A stretch of 64,000 nt of DNA from the human T2T-CHM13v2.0 reference genome, Homo sapiens (GCF_009914755.1 NC_060932.1); one strand, 5' to 3'; positions 1 through 14,040 are shown, counted from the first letter of the stretch. Program-made: numbers and translations. The notes: generated by a model from the letters alone, not told the origin.

Positions 1-837
1 AAACTTGGCTAAGCTAAAGGAGCATGTTGTAACCCAATGCAAAGAAGCTAAGAATTATGATAAAGCAACACAGGAGCTGACAACCAAAATAGCCATTTCA
101 GAGGGAACACAACTCACGTGTTAGAGCTGAAAAACACACTACAAGAACTTCACAATGCAATCAAAAGTATTAATAGCAGAATAGACTAAGTGGAGGAAAG
201 AATCTCAGAGCTTGAAGACTATCTTTCTGAAATAAGATAGGCAGACAAGAATAGAAAAAAAAAGAATGAAAAGGGATGAAGAAAATCTCCAAGAAATATG
301 GGATCATGTAAAGAGACCAAATTTAAGACTGATTGGGGTACCTGAAAAAGAAGGGGAGAATGGAACCAAACTGGAAAACATACTTCTGGATATCATCCAA
401 AAGAACTTCCCCAACCTAGCAAGACAGGCACATTCAAATTCGGGAAATGCAGAGAACCCCAATAAGATACTCCATGAGAAGATCATCCCCAAGACACATA
501 ATCTTCAGATTCTCCAAGGTCAAAATGAAAGAAAAAAATGTCAAAGGCAGCCAGAGAGAAAGGCCAGGTCACCTACAAAGGGAAGCCCATCAGAGTAACA
601 GTGGACCTCTCAGCAGAAACCCTACAAGCTAGAATAGATAGGGAGCCAATATTCAATATTCTTAAAGAAAAACACTTTCAAACCAGAATTTCATATCAGA
701 CCAATCTAAGCTTCATAAGCAAAGGAGAAATACGATCATTTTCAGACAAGCAAATGCTGAGGGAATTTGTTACTATCAAGTCTACTTTGCAAGCGGTCCT
801 GAAGAAAGCACTAAATATGGAAAGGAAAAACCATTAG
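1..837 (+). pseudogene. Disrupted L1 ORF1p (coiled-coil/RRM/CTD) remnant
   Basis: ORF track pieces 266-598, 447-632 and 538-837 are consecutive frameshifted parts of L1 ORF1p. Confidence 0.9.
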
Positions 838-920
838 CAGCCACTACACACACATCGAAGTACATAGACCAGTGAAACAACCACATAAACAAGTCTGTAA
901 AATAACCAGCTAGTATCATG

Positions 921-3900
921 ATGACAGGATCAAATCCACACATAACAATACTAATCTTAAATATAAATGGGGCAAGATCCATTGGTATGCTGTCTTCAAA
1001 AGACCCATCTCACATGCAAAGACACATGTAGGCTCAAAATAAAGGGATGGAGAAAAATTCAAGAAAATGGAATACAGAAAAAAGCAGGGGTTGCAATCCG
1101 AGTCTCTGACAAAACAGACTTTAAACCAACAACGATAAAAAAACAGACAAAGAAGGGCATTACATAATAGTAAAGCGTTCAATTCAACGAGAAGAGGTAA
1201 CTATCCTAAAAATATATACGCCCAATACAGGAGCACTCAGATTTATAAAGCAAGTTCTTAAAGACCTACAAAGATACTTAACTCCCACACTAATAATGTT
1301 GAGACTTTAACACCCAACTGACAATATTAGCTCATTAAGACAGAAAATTAACAAAGATATTCAAGACCTGAACCGAGCTTTGGATCAAGTGGACCTGATA
1401 GGTATCTACAGAACTCTCCACCCCAAAACAACAGAATATACGTTCTTCTCATCGCCACATGGCACCTATTCTAAAATTGATCACAGAATCAGAAGTAAAA
1501 CACTCCTCAGCAAGTGCAACAGAACTGAAATCACAACAAACAATATGTCAGACTACAGTGAAATCAAATTGAACTCAAGATTAAGAAGCTCACTCTAAAA
1601 ACCACACAACTACATAGAAATTGACCAACCTGCCCCTGAATGACTCCTGGGTAAGTAATGAAATTAAGGCACAAATCAAGACATTCTTTGAAACTAATGA
1701 GAACAAAGAGAAAATATACCAGAATCTCTGGAATACAGCTAATGCAGTGTTAAGAGGGAAATTTACAGAACTGAATGCCCACATCAAAAAGCTAGAACGA
1801 TCTCAAATTAACAACCTAACATCACCAGTAAAAGAACTAAGGAAACAAGAGCAAACAAACCCTAAATCTAGCAGAACACATGATATAACCAAGATCAGAG
1901 CAGAATTGAAGGAGATAAAGACACAAAAAACCCCTCAAAAAAATCAATGAATCCAGGAGCTGATTTTTTTAAAAAATTAGTAAAATAGATAGACTGCTAG
2001 CTAGACTAATAAAAAAGAAAAGAGAGAAAAAAATAAGGGGGATATTACCACTGACCTCATGGAAATACAAAAAACCATCAGAGAATAATATAAAAACCTC
2101 TATGCAAATATACTAGAAAATCTAGAAGAAATGGATAAATTCCTGGACACATACATCCTCCCAAGACTGAACCAGAAAAAAAATTAAATTCCTGAATAGA
2201 TTAATAATGAGTTCTAAAATTGAGGCAGGAATAAATAGCCTACCAACCAAAAAAAAGCCCAGGACCAGATGGATATACTGATGAATTCTACCACAGGTAC
2301 AAATTGAAAAAGAAGGACTCCTCCCTAGCTCATTCTATGAAGGCAGCATCATCCTGGTACTAAAACCTGACAGATACAACAACAACAAAAAAAGAACACT
2401 TCAGGCCAATATCCTTGCTGAAAATTGATGCAGAAATCCTCAACAAAATACAGGCAAACCAAATTCAGCAGCACATCAAAAAGCCTATCCACCACAATCA
2501 AGTAGACTTCATCCCCGGGATTCAAGGTTGGTTTGACATAAGAAAATCAATAAATGTGATTCATCACATAAACAGATCTAAAGACAAAAAACACATGATT
2601 ATCTCAATAGATGCAGAAAAGGCCTTTGATAAAATCAACATCCCCTCATGTTAAAAGCTCTCAATAAACTAGGTACTGAAGGAATATACCCCAAAATAAT
2701 AAGAACCGTGTATGAGAAACCCACAGCCAATATCACACTGAATGGGCAAAAGCTGAAAGCATTCCCCTTGAAAACCAGCTGATAGTATTTGGCTGTGTCC
2801 CAACCTAAATCTTGAATTGTAGCTCCCATAATTCTTATGTGTCATGGGAGGGACCCAGTGGGAGGTAAGTGAATCATGGAGGCAGGTCTTTCCCATGCTG
2901 TTCTCATGATAGTGAGTAAGTCTCATGAGATCTGATGGTTTTATAAAGGGGAGTTCCCCTACACATGCCCTCTCTTTTGCCTGCTGCCATATAAGACGTG
3001 ACTTTGCTCCTGCTTTGCCTTCCACCATGATTGTGAAGCTTCCCCAGCCCCATGGAACTGTGAGTCCATTAAACCTCTTTTTCTTTATAAATTATCCAGT
3101 CTCGGGTATGTCTTTATTAGCAACATGAGAACACACTAATACACTGGTACAAGACAAGGATGCCCTCTCTTCCCACTCCTATTCAACATGGTGTTAGAAG
3201 TTCTGGCCAGGGCAATCAGGCAAGAGAGAGAAATAAAGTGTATTCAAACAGAAAGAGAGGAAGTCAAACTATTTTTGTTTGCAGATGACATAATCCTGTA
3301 TCTAGAAAACCCCATCGTCTCAGCCCAAAAGCTTCTTAAGCTGATGAGCAACTTCAGAAAAGTCTCAGAATACACAATTAATGTGCAAAAATCGTTGGCA
3401 TTTCTATACACCAACAACAGGCAAGCTGAGAGCCAAATCATGAACGAACTCCATACACGATTGCCACAAAAACAATAAAATACCTAGGAATACAGCTAAC
3501 AGGAGAAGTGAAGGACCTCTTCCAGTAGAACTACAAACCACTACTCAAGGAAATCAGAAGTAACACAAACAAATGGAAAAACATTCAATGCTCATGGATA
3601 GGAAGACTAAATATTGTGAAAATGGCCATACTGCCCAAAGCAGTTTACAGATTCAGTGCTATTCCCGTTAACCTGCCATTGACATTCTTCACAGAATTAG
3701 AAAAAGACTATTTTAAAATTCATATGAAACCAAAACAGAGCCTGAATAGCCAAGAAAATCCTAAGCAGAAAGAACAAAACTAGAAGCCTCACTTCCTGAC
3801 TTCAAACTATATTACAAGGCTACATTAATCAAAACAGCATGGTACTGGTACAAGAACAGACACATAGACCAATGGAACAGAGTAGAAATCCCAGAAATAT

Positions 3901-4981
3901 GACTGCACACCTACAACCATCTGATCTTGGACAAACCTGACAAGAACAAGCAATGGGGAATGGATTCTCTATTCAATAAATGGTGCTGGGAGAACTGGCT
4001 AGCCATATGCAGAAGATTGAAAGTGGATCCCTTCCTTACACATATACAAAAATCAACTCAAGGTGGATTAGAGACTTAAATATAAAGCCCCAAACTATAA
4101 AAACCCTAGAAACCAACCTAGGCAATACCATTCAGGACATAGGCATGGGCAAAGATTTCATGAGGAAGACACCAAAGGTAATTGCAACAAAAGCTGACAC
4201 ATAAGCCTAATTAAACTAAGCAGCTTCTGCACAGCAAAAGAAATTATCAACAGGTAAAACGACAACCTACAGAATGGGAGAAAAAAATTGCAACCAATCC
4301 ATCTGACAAAGGTCTAATATCCAGCATCTATAAGGAATTTAAACAAATTACAAGAAAAAAACAACCCCATTAAAGGTGGGCAAAGGACATGAACAGACAA
4401 TTAGCAAAAGAAGGCATACACGCAGCCAAAAAACAGGAAAAAAAAGCTCAACATAACTGATCATTACAGAAATGCAAATCAAAACCACAATGATATATCA
4501 TCTCACACTAATCATAATGGCCGTTATTAAGAAGTCAAAAAACAACACGTTTGCAAGGTTATGAAGAAAAAGGAAGGCTTTTACACATTGGTACCAGTGT
4601 AAATTAATTCAATCCATTGTGGAAGACAGTGTGGCAATTCCTCTAAGACATAGAGGCAGCAATACCATTTGACCTAGCAATCCCATTACTAGATATATAC
4701 CCCCCAAAATATAAATCATTCTATTATAAAGATACAGGCATGCACTTGCAGCACTATTCACAACAGCAAAGACACAAAATCAACCTAAATGTCCATCAGT
4801 CATAGACTGGATAAAGAAAATGTGGTACATATACACTATGGAATACTATGTAGCCATAAAAAAGAAAGAGATCATGTCCTTTTCAGGGACATGGATAGAG
4901 CTGGATGCCATTATCCTCAGCAAACTAACACAGGAACATAAAACTGAATACTATATCTTCTCACTTATAAATGGGAGCTGA
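921..4981 (+). pseudogene. Disrupted L1 ORF2p (endonuclease/reverse transcriptase) remnant
   Basis: EN pieces (DPLVCCLQKTHL, YTFFSSPHGTYSKIDH), RT pieces ([17 protein letters not shown]) and C-terminal 'KMWYIYTMEYY'. Fragmented and interrupted by THE1B. Confidence 0.9.
2780..3143 (+). mobile_element. THE1B-like solo LTR (MaLR) inserted in L1 ORF2
   Basis: TG...CA termini ('tgatagtatttggctgtgtcc' ... 'gagaacacactaataca'), the THE1 body motifs, and a degenerate 5-bp TSD ccagc/ctggt. L1 ORF2 is continuous across it. Confidence 0.92.
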
Positions 4982-5229
4982 ATGATGAGAACACATGCAC
5001 ATATGGGAGGGAACAATGCATTGGGCCTGTTGGAGGGTTGTGGTGGGTAGGGAGAGCAGCAGGAAGAATAGCTAATGGATGCTAGGCTTAATACATAGGT
5101 GATGGGATGATCTGTATAGCAAACCACCATTGGACATATTTACCTATGTAACAAACCTGCACATCCTGCACATGGACCCCTGAACTTAAAATATTTTTTA
5201 TAAAAATTTTAAGGAAGCACAGAGAAACA

Positions 5230-5320
5230 GCTACTGCTGTTTACTGAGCACCTTCCTAGTGTTCATACGTGTGATCTCATTTCATCCTACAGTAATCCTA
5301 TCCAGTGAAATATTCTTACT
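5230..5320 (-). mobile_element. MIR fragment
   Basis: 'tttactgagcacc...atctcatttcatcctacagtaatcctat' resembles the antisense MIR 3' end. Confidence 0.55.
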
Positions 5321-5499
5321 TCTTTGTGTCTTTATACCTCTTTTGTTTTGGTTTGGTGTTTATTGTGGTTTTATTTTTTTCTCTATCAAAGCTACACAAG
5401 AACATATTTAAAGATGTATTGTGAAAATGAGTAGCCCTCATTCCACCTAAGACACTGAGTCCAATTTTCTGGCTACACAAAGCATAGTTCAAGAGATAC

Positions 5500-6050
5500 C
5501 AAGGGGGAACTTCCAGTGAAAGCACTTAAGGCTCTTCCTTCCAGAAACATCTCTACCAAATTTTGAAAAAAGCATACTTTCACAGGAATAGAGAAATGCA
5601 AGGGCAGTTGAGGGATTCCCAATTCTAGAAGCTAGAAAGCAGAAGAATGGCAATTAAATTAAATTAGTTGTTCTGAGAAAATTAAATCCTTAACCAGCAG
5701 GAGAAAGTCAAGATGTAAGCCAATTTTTACCACAAAAACAATCTCAGAAAGTCTTAAAAATAAAAACACCATGTTCTTCTAGAATTAGTGATTAACTGAG
5801 ACTAAAAACAGCAAGATCTGCTGAAAGTTTGCTTTAAGCCTAAGTCTCTTATATCTCTTCCTTCTTTTGGAGAGTGAGTATTAGTCTTTTTCTCACCATA
5901 GCAGATTACTAGAGGTTTATTTTTTGGGAAAAGAGACTGGAAAACACTGAACACAATTGAGTGCAGGGATATCATACTGAAAAGAGGGGGTTACATGAAT
6001 TTTTACATGCCAAAACTGAGGACCCTCAGCCTTTTCCCCCACTTTACATA
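5500..6050 (+). mobile_element. Ancient HAL1/L1M 5' fragment
   Basis: 'ctagaagctagaaagcaga' and downstream motifs resemble the HAL1 5' part seen at ~55310. Confidence 0.4.
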
Positions 6051-6059
6051 AAAGTTCAC

Positions 6060-8000
6060 ATGATATCCTTTTGATGTTTTCATAATGTCTGTAATATCGA
6101 TAATTTTGTCCCTCTTTTATTCTTAATATAGGCAATTTGTATTTTCTCATTTTCTTGATCAGTCTTTCTAGGGCTTATCAATTTGTAAAATCTTTTTTAA
6201 AAACCAATTCTTAGCTTTGTTGATTTTTTAAATTGTATTTCTACTATTTTATTAATCATTGTTCTTATTACTTTCTGCTTTCCACTTTCTTTGGGTTTAA
6301 CTTGCTTCTTTTCTAATACATGCATTTGGAACTGTAAATTTTGTTCTCAGTATTGTTTTAGTTACATTCCATGAGTATGATATTGTCATCATCATTCAGT
6401 TCGAAAGATTTCTCTTTTCTATTGTGGTTTCTTCTGTGCTCTGTCCAATTTAGAGGTATATTGGTTAATTTCCAACATTTGGGGATTTTTATGTAACTGA
6501 TGTAACTTAGTTCCACTGTGGTCAGAGAACACACTTTTCATGACTTAATTCACTGAGACTTGCATTATGGTGCTGTATGAAATCTCTTTAGGTAAATGTC
6601 TTATACGTACTTGAAAAGAATGTGCTCTCTGCAGCTGCAAGTCTAGTATTCTATATATGTTGATTATATCAAGTTGATTCATAATGTTGTTCATAACTTC
6701 TGTATTCTTGCAGATTTTCCCAGTTGCTGTATCAATTACTGTGAGAGGTATATGTCTTAGTCTACTTAGTGTTCATGTAATGGAATACCTGCGGCTCAGT
6801 AATTTATTTTAAAAGGAGATTTATTTGGCTCATAGTTCTGCAGGCTGCACAAGAAGCATGGTGCTAGCATCTGCATCCGGTGAGGGCCTCAGGCCTCTTC
6901 CACTCATTGTGGAAGGTGAAGAGGAGTCAGCATGTGCAGAGATCACATGGCAAGCAAGGAAGCAAAGGAGAGATGGGGCAATGCAGGCTCTTTTTTAACA
7001 ACGAACTCTAGCAGAAACTAATATAACTCACTCATTACTGCAAGGATGGCACCAAGACATTCATGAGAGATTTGCTCCCATGACCCAAACACCTCCCTTT
7101 AGACCTGTCCTCCAACACTGAGGATCAAATGTCAACAAGAGGTTTGCGGGGACAAACATCCAAACTATAGAAATACGTAAAAATTTCCCACAATTATTTT
7201 AAAGTTCTTGTCTGGTAACTTCAAGATCTACATCATCTATTGATCTTCTATTTTTTTCATGATTATTAGGCAAATATTTCTATTTCTTTGCATGTCAAGT
7301 AATTCTATAGCAGACATTGTGTATAGAAGAACTGTAGAGACTTCAGATAGCTGATCAACTTAACTCATAATCAAGGATTGAACTAGGCTTGAAATGGGGC
7401 AGTCTTAGTAAGGTTTTTTGCCACACTTTTCTTTCCTTAAGTATGACCCACAGCCTGCTGTGTCCGTTTTCGTATCCCTGAAAGGAAGGAGATTCAGTCC
7501 TGCTCTTTAGTCCTGATTTTTGGTCTCAAAATCTGGCAGATTCATTAAGGAGAGACCTACTATGAGCCTGAGGCAGGCCCACTCCCTCTAGTTTGACTTT
7601 GTTTCTTAAGCACCACCAGATTATGGGAAATTTTACTTTAACTTTCAGAAAACTTTGCCTAGTTCCCCAGCCTCCCATGCGCGTTCCATGCATTTAGAAC
7701 TCTCTACGTTTCCAATCTGTCACATAGCCCTACATGGCTGCCAAAAGCTGAAATGCCTTCTATTTCCCTTAGTAGCATTCTTTTGGATGGGCCAAGCCCC
7801 ATGTTCAGTGTGAACCCAGAATTAGCAAATGTCCCCAGGAAAGAAAATGCCTAACCATTTTCAATTAATTGCAGAAGGACTCTAACTCTGAGGAATTCCA
7901 GTTCATCTGGTTACTTCTTCAGCTCTCTGCTGTCTTTAAACTTGTATTTATATTTGCTTGTTTCCTCTAGTTATTGTAGGAGAAACATTGGAATGCAGAA
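6060..8000 (-). mobile_element. Ancient L1M (L1ME-like) fragments, interrupted by an MST LTR
   Basis: T-rich antisense L1 motifs such as 'ttcttgatcagtctttctagggcttatcaattt', 'ccactgtggtcagagaacac' and 'cttgaaaagaatgtg'. Confidence 0.7.
6753..7172 (-). mobile_element. MSTB-like MaLR LTR
   Basis: 'tgtcttagtc...ttggctcatagttctgcaggctgcacaagaagcatggtgctagcatctgc...ggggacaaacatccaaactatag' matches the antisense MST LTR. Confidence 0.85.
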
Positions 8001-8029
8001 AATTAAAACATCCTATTCAAAAGCAGAAG

Positions 8030-8440
8030 TTTAGCATGATCTTTCAGATATACAAATCTGAACACATCATTCTCCTACTTCAATTATCTAATGACTCTCC
8101 ATTGCCTTCAGATATAATCCAGAATCTTTAAAAGAAATCTTTTATGATAAGACTGTTGTCTGAATGTGCTGCATTCTCTCATACTTATGGAGCTTTGTGA
8201 GATTGACTGTTCTACTGGAATCTTCTTCCTTCATGGTCCCCTCTTCATCCAGCTAATTCTTACCTGCTCTTCAAGACCCAGTTAAGTCCCTCCTTCTTGA
8301 GGAAGGTCATTTAGAACACTCAAGGCTGATTTAGGAGCTCCTGCCTAAATTCCCTTGTCAAACTGCATTTAAGTTATCCATTTACTGCTCTGAATTATCT
8401 TCTAAACTGATCTCTGATGATTAAGAACATGTCATATTCA
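8030..8440 (+). mobile_element. L2 3' fragment
   Basis: 'caaatctgaacacatcattctcctactt...ctccattgccttcagatataatccag' L2 motif. Confidence 0.6.
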
Positions 8441-8459
8441 TCCTCAGAGGAATATCTGA

Positions 8460-8620
8460 GGGTAGAGTTTAACAACATTGGCTCTGGACCCAAACTGACT
8501 AATTTCAAATGTTAGCTCTGCCACTTCTTAGTTGTCTCATATTGACTGAGGTTTTGAGTTCCAGATTTTTCATCTTAAATGGAGATAGCAAAAGCACTTA
8601 TGTAGGGTTTGACAAAGACA
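8460..8620 (+). mobile_element. MIR
   Basis: 'ggctctgga...ttcaaatgttagctctgccacttcttagttgt...tttcatcttaaatggagata' MIR core. Confidence 0.65.
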
Positions 8621-8819
8621 GAGTGAGCTCTGAAAAATAGAGTGCCCTGCACAATAACAGTATCATAGAAAAATACTTATAACAAATAAATATAATGGGG
8701 GGGGAGCTGGAAAGAAAAGACAAAGTCATGAATTACTTACCTCTGGCCTCCTGCCACATTTAAATAAACACAAGTCAATGGAAAAGTCCATGAGGCAAGG
8801 GTAGGGGTTTCTTATAGTA

Positions 8820-9450
8820 TTAAGCCAATTCCAACCAGGGTTCATCCTCACTATTCCACGAGGACTTGCCTCTGCATTGGTGAATCCAATGGCCAGTGCT
8901 CAATATTTACCTCACTTGGCCCATCAGCAAGATTTGGTTCAAACGAACACTCTTTTTTCTCTACTCGGCTTCAAGGATGCCATATATTCTTGACTTCCTT
9001 CGTAGGTCACTATGTTCACCTTCTTTGTCTCCTTTGTTGGGTTCTCCCCTTCTCCCTGACCTCTTAATTTTGTAGTACCCAGGACTCAGTTCTTGATCCC
9101 CTTTATGGTCTTTATACTCATTCCCATAAAGATCTCATTTGATTTCTTAGCTTTAAAGACTCTAGAAATTACTTCTCTAGCCCAGACCTCTCCCGAACAC
9201 CAGGCTTCTATGTCAAATTTCCTACTTGCTGTTTCCATCCTGGATTTCAAATACACATCTCTAACTCACCACGTCCAAAACTGAACTCATGATGTTCCTC
9301 TAAACCTTCACCCACAGCCTTCCCCATTTCAGTTGATGACATATCTATCCCTCCAGTAGCTCTGACCAAACTCCCTGAAGTTTGTCTTGGTTCTTCTCTT
9401 TTTCTCACATCCTACAACAAATCTGTTAGCATGTCCTGTTGGCTCTACCT
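8820..9450 (+). mobile_element. L2a fragment
   Basis: 'aatccaatggccagtgctc', 'tctagcccagacctctcccgaacaccaggct' and 'tccaaaactgaactcatg' are typical of L2. Confidence 0.75.
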
Positions 9451-9479
9451 GCTCTACAGGTAGCTGGAAGAAAGTTATC

Positions 9480-9670
9480 TTTTTAAAATGACTTTCCAGA
9501 GGACATGCAAAATAACTTCCACTTACATCTCATTGAGTGGGACTTAGTCACATGTCCATGTCTAGCTCCAAGGGAGGCTGAGAAATGTGGGCCACATGGT
9601 TTCCTGAAAACAAGTAAGGTTTCCTTCACTTTGAAATAGAACAGATTATTGGAGTCAAGCCCATCACAGA
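9480..9670 (-). mobile_element. MLT1 (I/J/K-like) LTR fragment
   Basis: 'acttccacttacatctcattg...acttagtcacatg...caagggaggctgagaaatgt'. Confidence 0.6.
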
Positions 9671-11585
9671 TTCTTAAGGACCATAAGCCACTGTAGATTG
9701 GTGTATAGGCTGATATTTTCTAGAAAACTAGCATTTAAATCAGTTTTCTGAAAACCAGATGTAAACCTGTCTTAATAGTATTGCATAGCCAAGACAATAT
9801 AGGAAGTTTATTTCCCTAGCTTGGCCAGCAAAACTTCCCACATGTTTCAATCAGGGATCTGTTTCAGAGAACAGAATCTATTCTAGCTAGTTTATTAAAC
9901 CTTGACTGAAAGATTAATCAATGGTTATCAAATGGCTTAGAGAACTATTGAAAAGGCCAAAGAGACATAGGTCCAGATAGACAGACATCCCTAGGAATCG
10001 TGCTGCAAAGAAAAAAGAGGCTGTCCTCTAAAATCAAGAAGCCACCCACAAGACTGGTAAACTCTAGAACCATACCACCACTGCCACAATCAGGAAGCTG
10101 TCAGTCAGTGCCACAACAGTGTTGCCTAAGAGAAAAGAGCAGAAACTATGGAAATTGAGGCTTTCCCTTGCTTTCAACTTTAAAAGAGCATCTGAGGATT
10201 GACAAACCTAAATGACATCCAGAGTTCTTGCAGAAGAGGGCCTGGAAGCAACTTGGAGTATATAAAATGAGAACTCCTGTGTAAATGATATGATTTGCAA
10301 ATTTATAGCTATTACAAAAGCATCTTGTTTATTTGTGTTCAGAAGCTAGAAAAATGCAGCATGGATAACTGAAGTCTATAGGTAATGGAGGGGAATTATT
10401 TTCACCAGCATTTGCAATCTCCTCCACTCTCTGACCGTTTTAGTGGAAACGGTAATAAGTGACAAAATGTTTTGAGTTTAATTTTGGCTTCTGCATGACT
10501 CTTCCCACAGTGCACTAATAAGTAGTAAAAGCTGAAAGGAAGACAGCTGTCAGGAAGAAAAACAAAATGCTTAGATCACTAATTCATCGGATAATCAGCC
10601 ACGGAAAAACTGAGCATTGGCTGAATGTTTCCACACTGATGTTTACACCAACGATAGAACATTTAAGAATACAGACAAAAAGATGTGCAAAAAATTAAAA
10701 ATATTGAGGCTTTTGAGCAAAAGAGTTCAAAAGAGAATTTTAAATAGACATTTTAAAGCATACAGAAAAAAGTGGGGGCCAAAGGGCCATGAGGGGATAT
10801 TTTAATCTGAATCACAGCATTTGATTTCAAACGTTTGCAGTGGAACTAATTTGAGTTCCAGCCAAAGAGCCTCAGCCAAGTGGGATCTAGCCTATCTTTG
10901 CTTTTTAGTGAGCTTTGGCTGGTCATTTTGACTAGACTGTAAATAAGGCAGGTGGTAGGCCTCCTGCTAGTCAAACCCCCAGGGCTCTTTCTTTATAAGA
11001 GGCTGGGACTCTCTTCCTGCTCCCATTGACCTCCTGGGATTCAGCCAGTTTCTTCCACCTTTCAATCTCCCCTCCCCCTAGACTGGCACATAGCTGACAC
11101 TCAAATATTTGTTGAATTAATTAATTAAGGAGTGATCGAAGAGAACAATCTCTCCAGCCTCACATTTCTTTGCAGTCTCCAAAATTGAACACACTAAGTG
11201 ATCAGTGCCTCTTGCCGTTATAACAAATATAAGAAAAGGACAAGGTTCTAGACTCTTAATAAGTTGGCTCCATCATTGACCCTATTCTCTAGTTTCTGAA
11301 ACTTCATGTGTTAGCTGATACCCAGGAACCCTCTCAGCCAGAGGCTCCTGTCAATTGACTGTGGCTTTTAGGCTAAGCTGCTTAGACTCATGTCCAGCCC
11401 GAAGCATAGCAGGACTGGTGTCAATGTTAAGACTGTCAGTGAGAGCCTGGATGAAGAAGGCACTTTTATTCTTCGCTCCAAAGAGTCTTCCCTATGCTTC
11501 AGACCTTCCCCAACCAACTTTAGAGACTCCTATCTCACCCCCCACCCGCATCCCCCCAAAAACCCCCAGCTGGAGCTACTATCTT

Positions 11586-12250
11586 TGTGGCAGATTATTT
11601 TCTAATAATGGCTGCAACAATATTTCCCATCCTACATGCTCTTCTTTTGTTTTTATTTTTCTGTTTAGAGACAGGGTCTTGCTATGCTGCCCAGGCTGGA
11701 GTGCAGTGTCTATTCACAGGCAAGATCATAGGGCACTGCAGGCAGGAACTCCTGGGCTCTCAGCCTCTGGGGTAGCTGGGACTCCGAGCATGAGCCAGTG
11801 TGCCTGGCTTCTACTTACTCTTCTTACAAAGTGATTCTGACATGTTGCTCCAGTGTGGTCTGTTTCCTCCCCTTGAATCTGTGATGATGGTGAAAGTAAT
11901 GCCATATGACTTCAGGAGCTAGCTCATAAAAGGTGATGCAACTTCTGCTTGGGTCTCTCAGGTTGCCTGCTCTGGGAAACCATGCTGTGAGGCAGCCCAA
12001 GGTAGAGACCACACGGAGAAGATGCCAGGTGGAATATTCCAGTGGACAGCCCCCAGTGAGGTGTCAGCCAACAGCCATTTCCAGGCATGTAGGTAAAACA
12101 ACTTCAGATGATTCCAGGCTTTGACAAGCCAGCCCTACTATAGCCTGTTCAAATTCCCAATCTTCATAATCCACGAATGATAATAAAATGATTATTTTAT
12201 GCCACTAAATTGGGGGTGGTGGTGGTTATAATGTAACAATAGTTACAACA
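11586..12250 (+). mobile_element. MLT1H-like MaLR LTR interrupted by a FAM
   Basis: 'tgtggcagatta...atggctgcaacaata', 'ccatgctgtgaggcagcccaag' and 'ataaaatgattattttatgccactaaatt'. Confidence 0.75.
11647..11808 (-). mobile_element. FAM (fossil Alu monomer)
   Basis: Contains 'gcagtgtctattcacaggcaagatcatagggcactgcag', the 7SL-derived segment retained in FAM. TSD-like ctacatgctcttctt (11632-11646) / ctacttactcttctt (11811-11825). Confidence 0.85.
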
Positions 12251-12790
12251 ACCATTCATCTTTAAAAAAAAATTACTAAATTCCAAATATTTGTTAGACA
12301 AGCTAGCTTTCTCAGCCCCTACCCAGGACTACTGGTCTTTCCTATTGAAATCTGAAATGTTCTCTTCCTGGTCTTCAGAGTACTTGCAGCTGCCTCTTCT
12401 ACTCTTTCTATAACTCTACTTGGCTTCAGTACTCAGAAAGCCTTTCCCTTGGCCCAGTTCTCTCTGTACACTGTGTTGTTTGTCTGCAGCACAATAGCTA
12501 TGTGGTTGCTAAGGCTGGGTCCACCCTTCAGTGATGCTGGGATTCTTCACCTATTATTCTCAGTTAATGTCTAGGCCAAGGCTTCCTAGCTGCCATTTGG
12601 TCCAGATGGTAAAACTCTCTTTCCAGGAGTTTATTTGTCCAGCATGTCGCCTCTTCTGCAGCTCCTGTCTCACTGCCCTTCTTTGGCCACTCTTGGGAGA
12701 TAGTTACAATTACACTAGAGGGGTATTTTGGGGGCCCAATAGAACACATATCATCTATTGGCCAGCACAGTGTAAGTACTGAATCCATAA

Positions 12791-13132
<342 letters not shown>

Positions 13133-14035
13133 TTAAGTTCCCACCAGATATTTTGGTAGATCCTTGTTTCCAGTCTGAGAAATATCCTATGTTCAGAGTC
13201 CGTTTTTGGAGCAAAATTAATGTCATGCTCTGTCACTAGTGTTCAACCTGGATTATTTTTTAACCTGGAGTGTCTTCAGACATATTTTTCAGGAGCCTAC
13301 AAGTCTACCAATATTTTCAAATAGTGCATTTTCAGTACTATGATTTTATAAGTAAAACTCGTTTGTAGTATTAATGCAAATTCTTAGACATATTCATACA
13401 TTTAGTTTTAATTTATTCAGATGGTATTTCTCCTATAAGGGTCAAGAATTTCACAGGCATCTCCCAAGGGTCTGACAAAATTGCTATGGTTGGATTTTTT
13501 TGAAATGGACCAAGCACTATTTACATTTAATTTTAAAACAGTATTTTCAACTCTGTGGGTCACTAACCCTTGAAGGGCCAAGTCAGGAATATTATTGAAT
13601 ATAAAGGTTCATCAGGCTTTTAGATTGAATAAATAGTATATTTCAAACTGCTTTTTTGTTATCGCTGAAATGTACATAGATACTATTGTAATTATCAATG
13701 TATTTAAAATCATACTGAATTCATTCATAGTCGTTTCAACAAGATTTATTCTCTCAATTACTATTGAAAGTAAGATGATTATGATATGAGAATACAGAAA
13801 ATATTTTCAATGTTAAAAACATCTTTCTGCTTAAAAAAGTTCAAATGTCATTTTTTCATTAATTCCTGTCTTCGGGTTTGAAGATCATATATTTAGATGA
13901 CCACCCTAAGGAACTAAGAGAGATTTCCAAATTACATCTAAGGCAAAGATTGCTTAACTACGCGTAAAATTTGTAATTTTCAACAGGGAAACAGGAGTTA
14001 TTTTAGAACATGGAACCACATTATAATATAGCAAT

Positions 14036-14040
<5 letters not shown>

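Larger units (their letters stand above)
1..5200 (+). mobile_element. Old primate LINE-1 (L1PA11-13-like), 5' part outside the window, interrupted by a THE1B LTR
   Basis: ORF1-like peptides (EIWDHVKRPNLRLIGVPE, KGKPIRVTVDLSAETLQAR), ORF2 start MTGSNPHITIL at 921, RT motif [10 protein letters not shown] near 3270-3300, and a 3' UTR 'ggaagaatagctaatggatgc...cctgaacttaaaat'. Many stops, frameshifts and small deletions. Confidence 0.95.

Noticed and set aside
266-4204. Multiple ORFs with clear protein similarity
   Set aside because: All are frameshifted pieces of a dead L1 ORF1/ORF2, not host genes or an active element.
11355-11834. 159-aa ORF
   Set aside because: It starts at a non-ATG codon and runs through the MLT1H LTR and antisense FAM; no recognisable domain.
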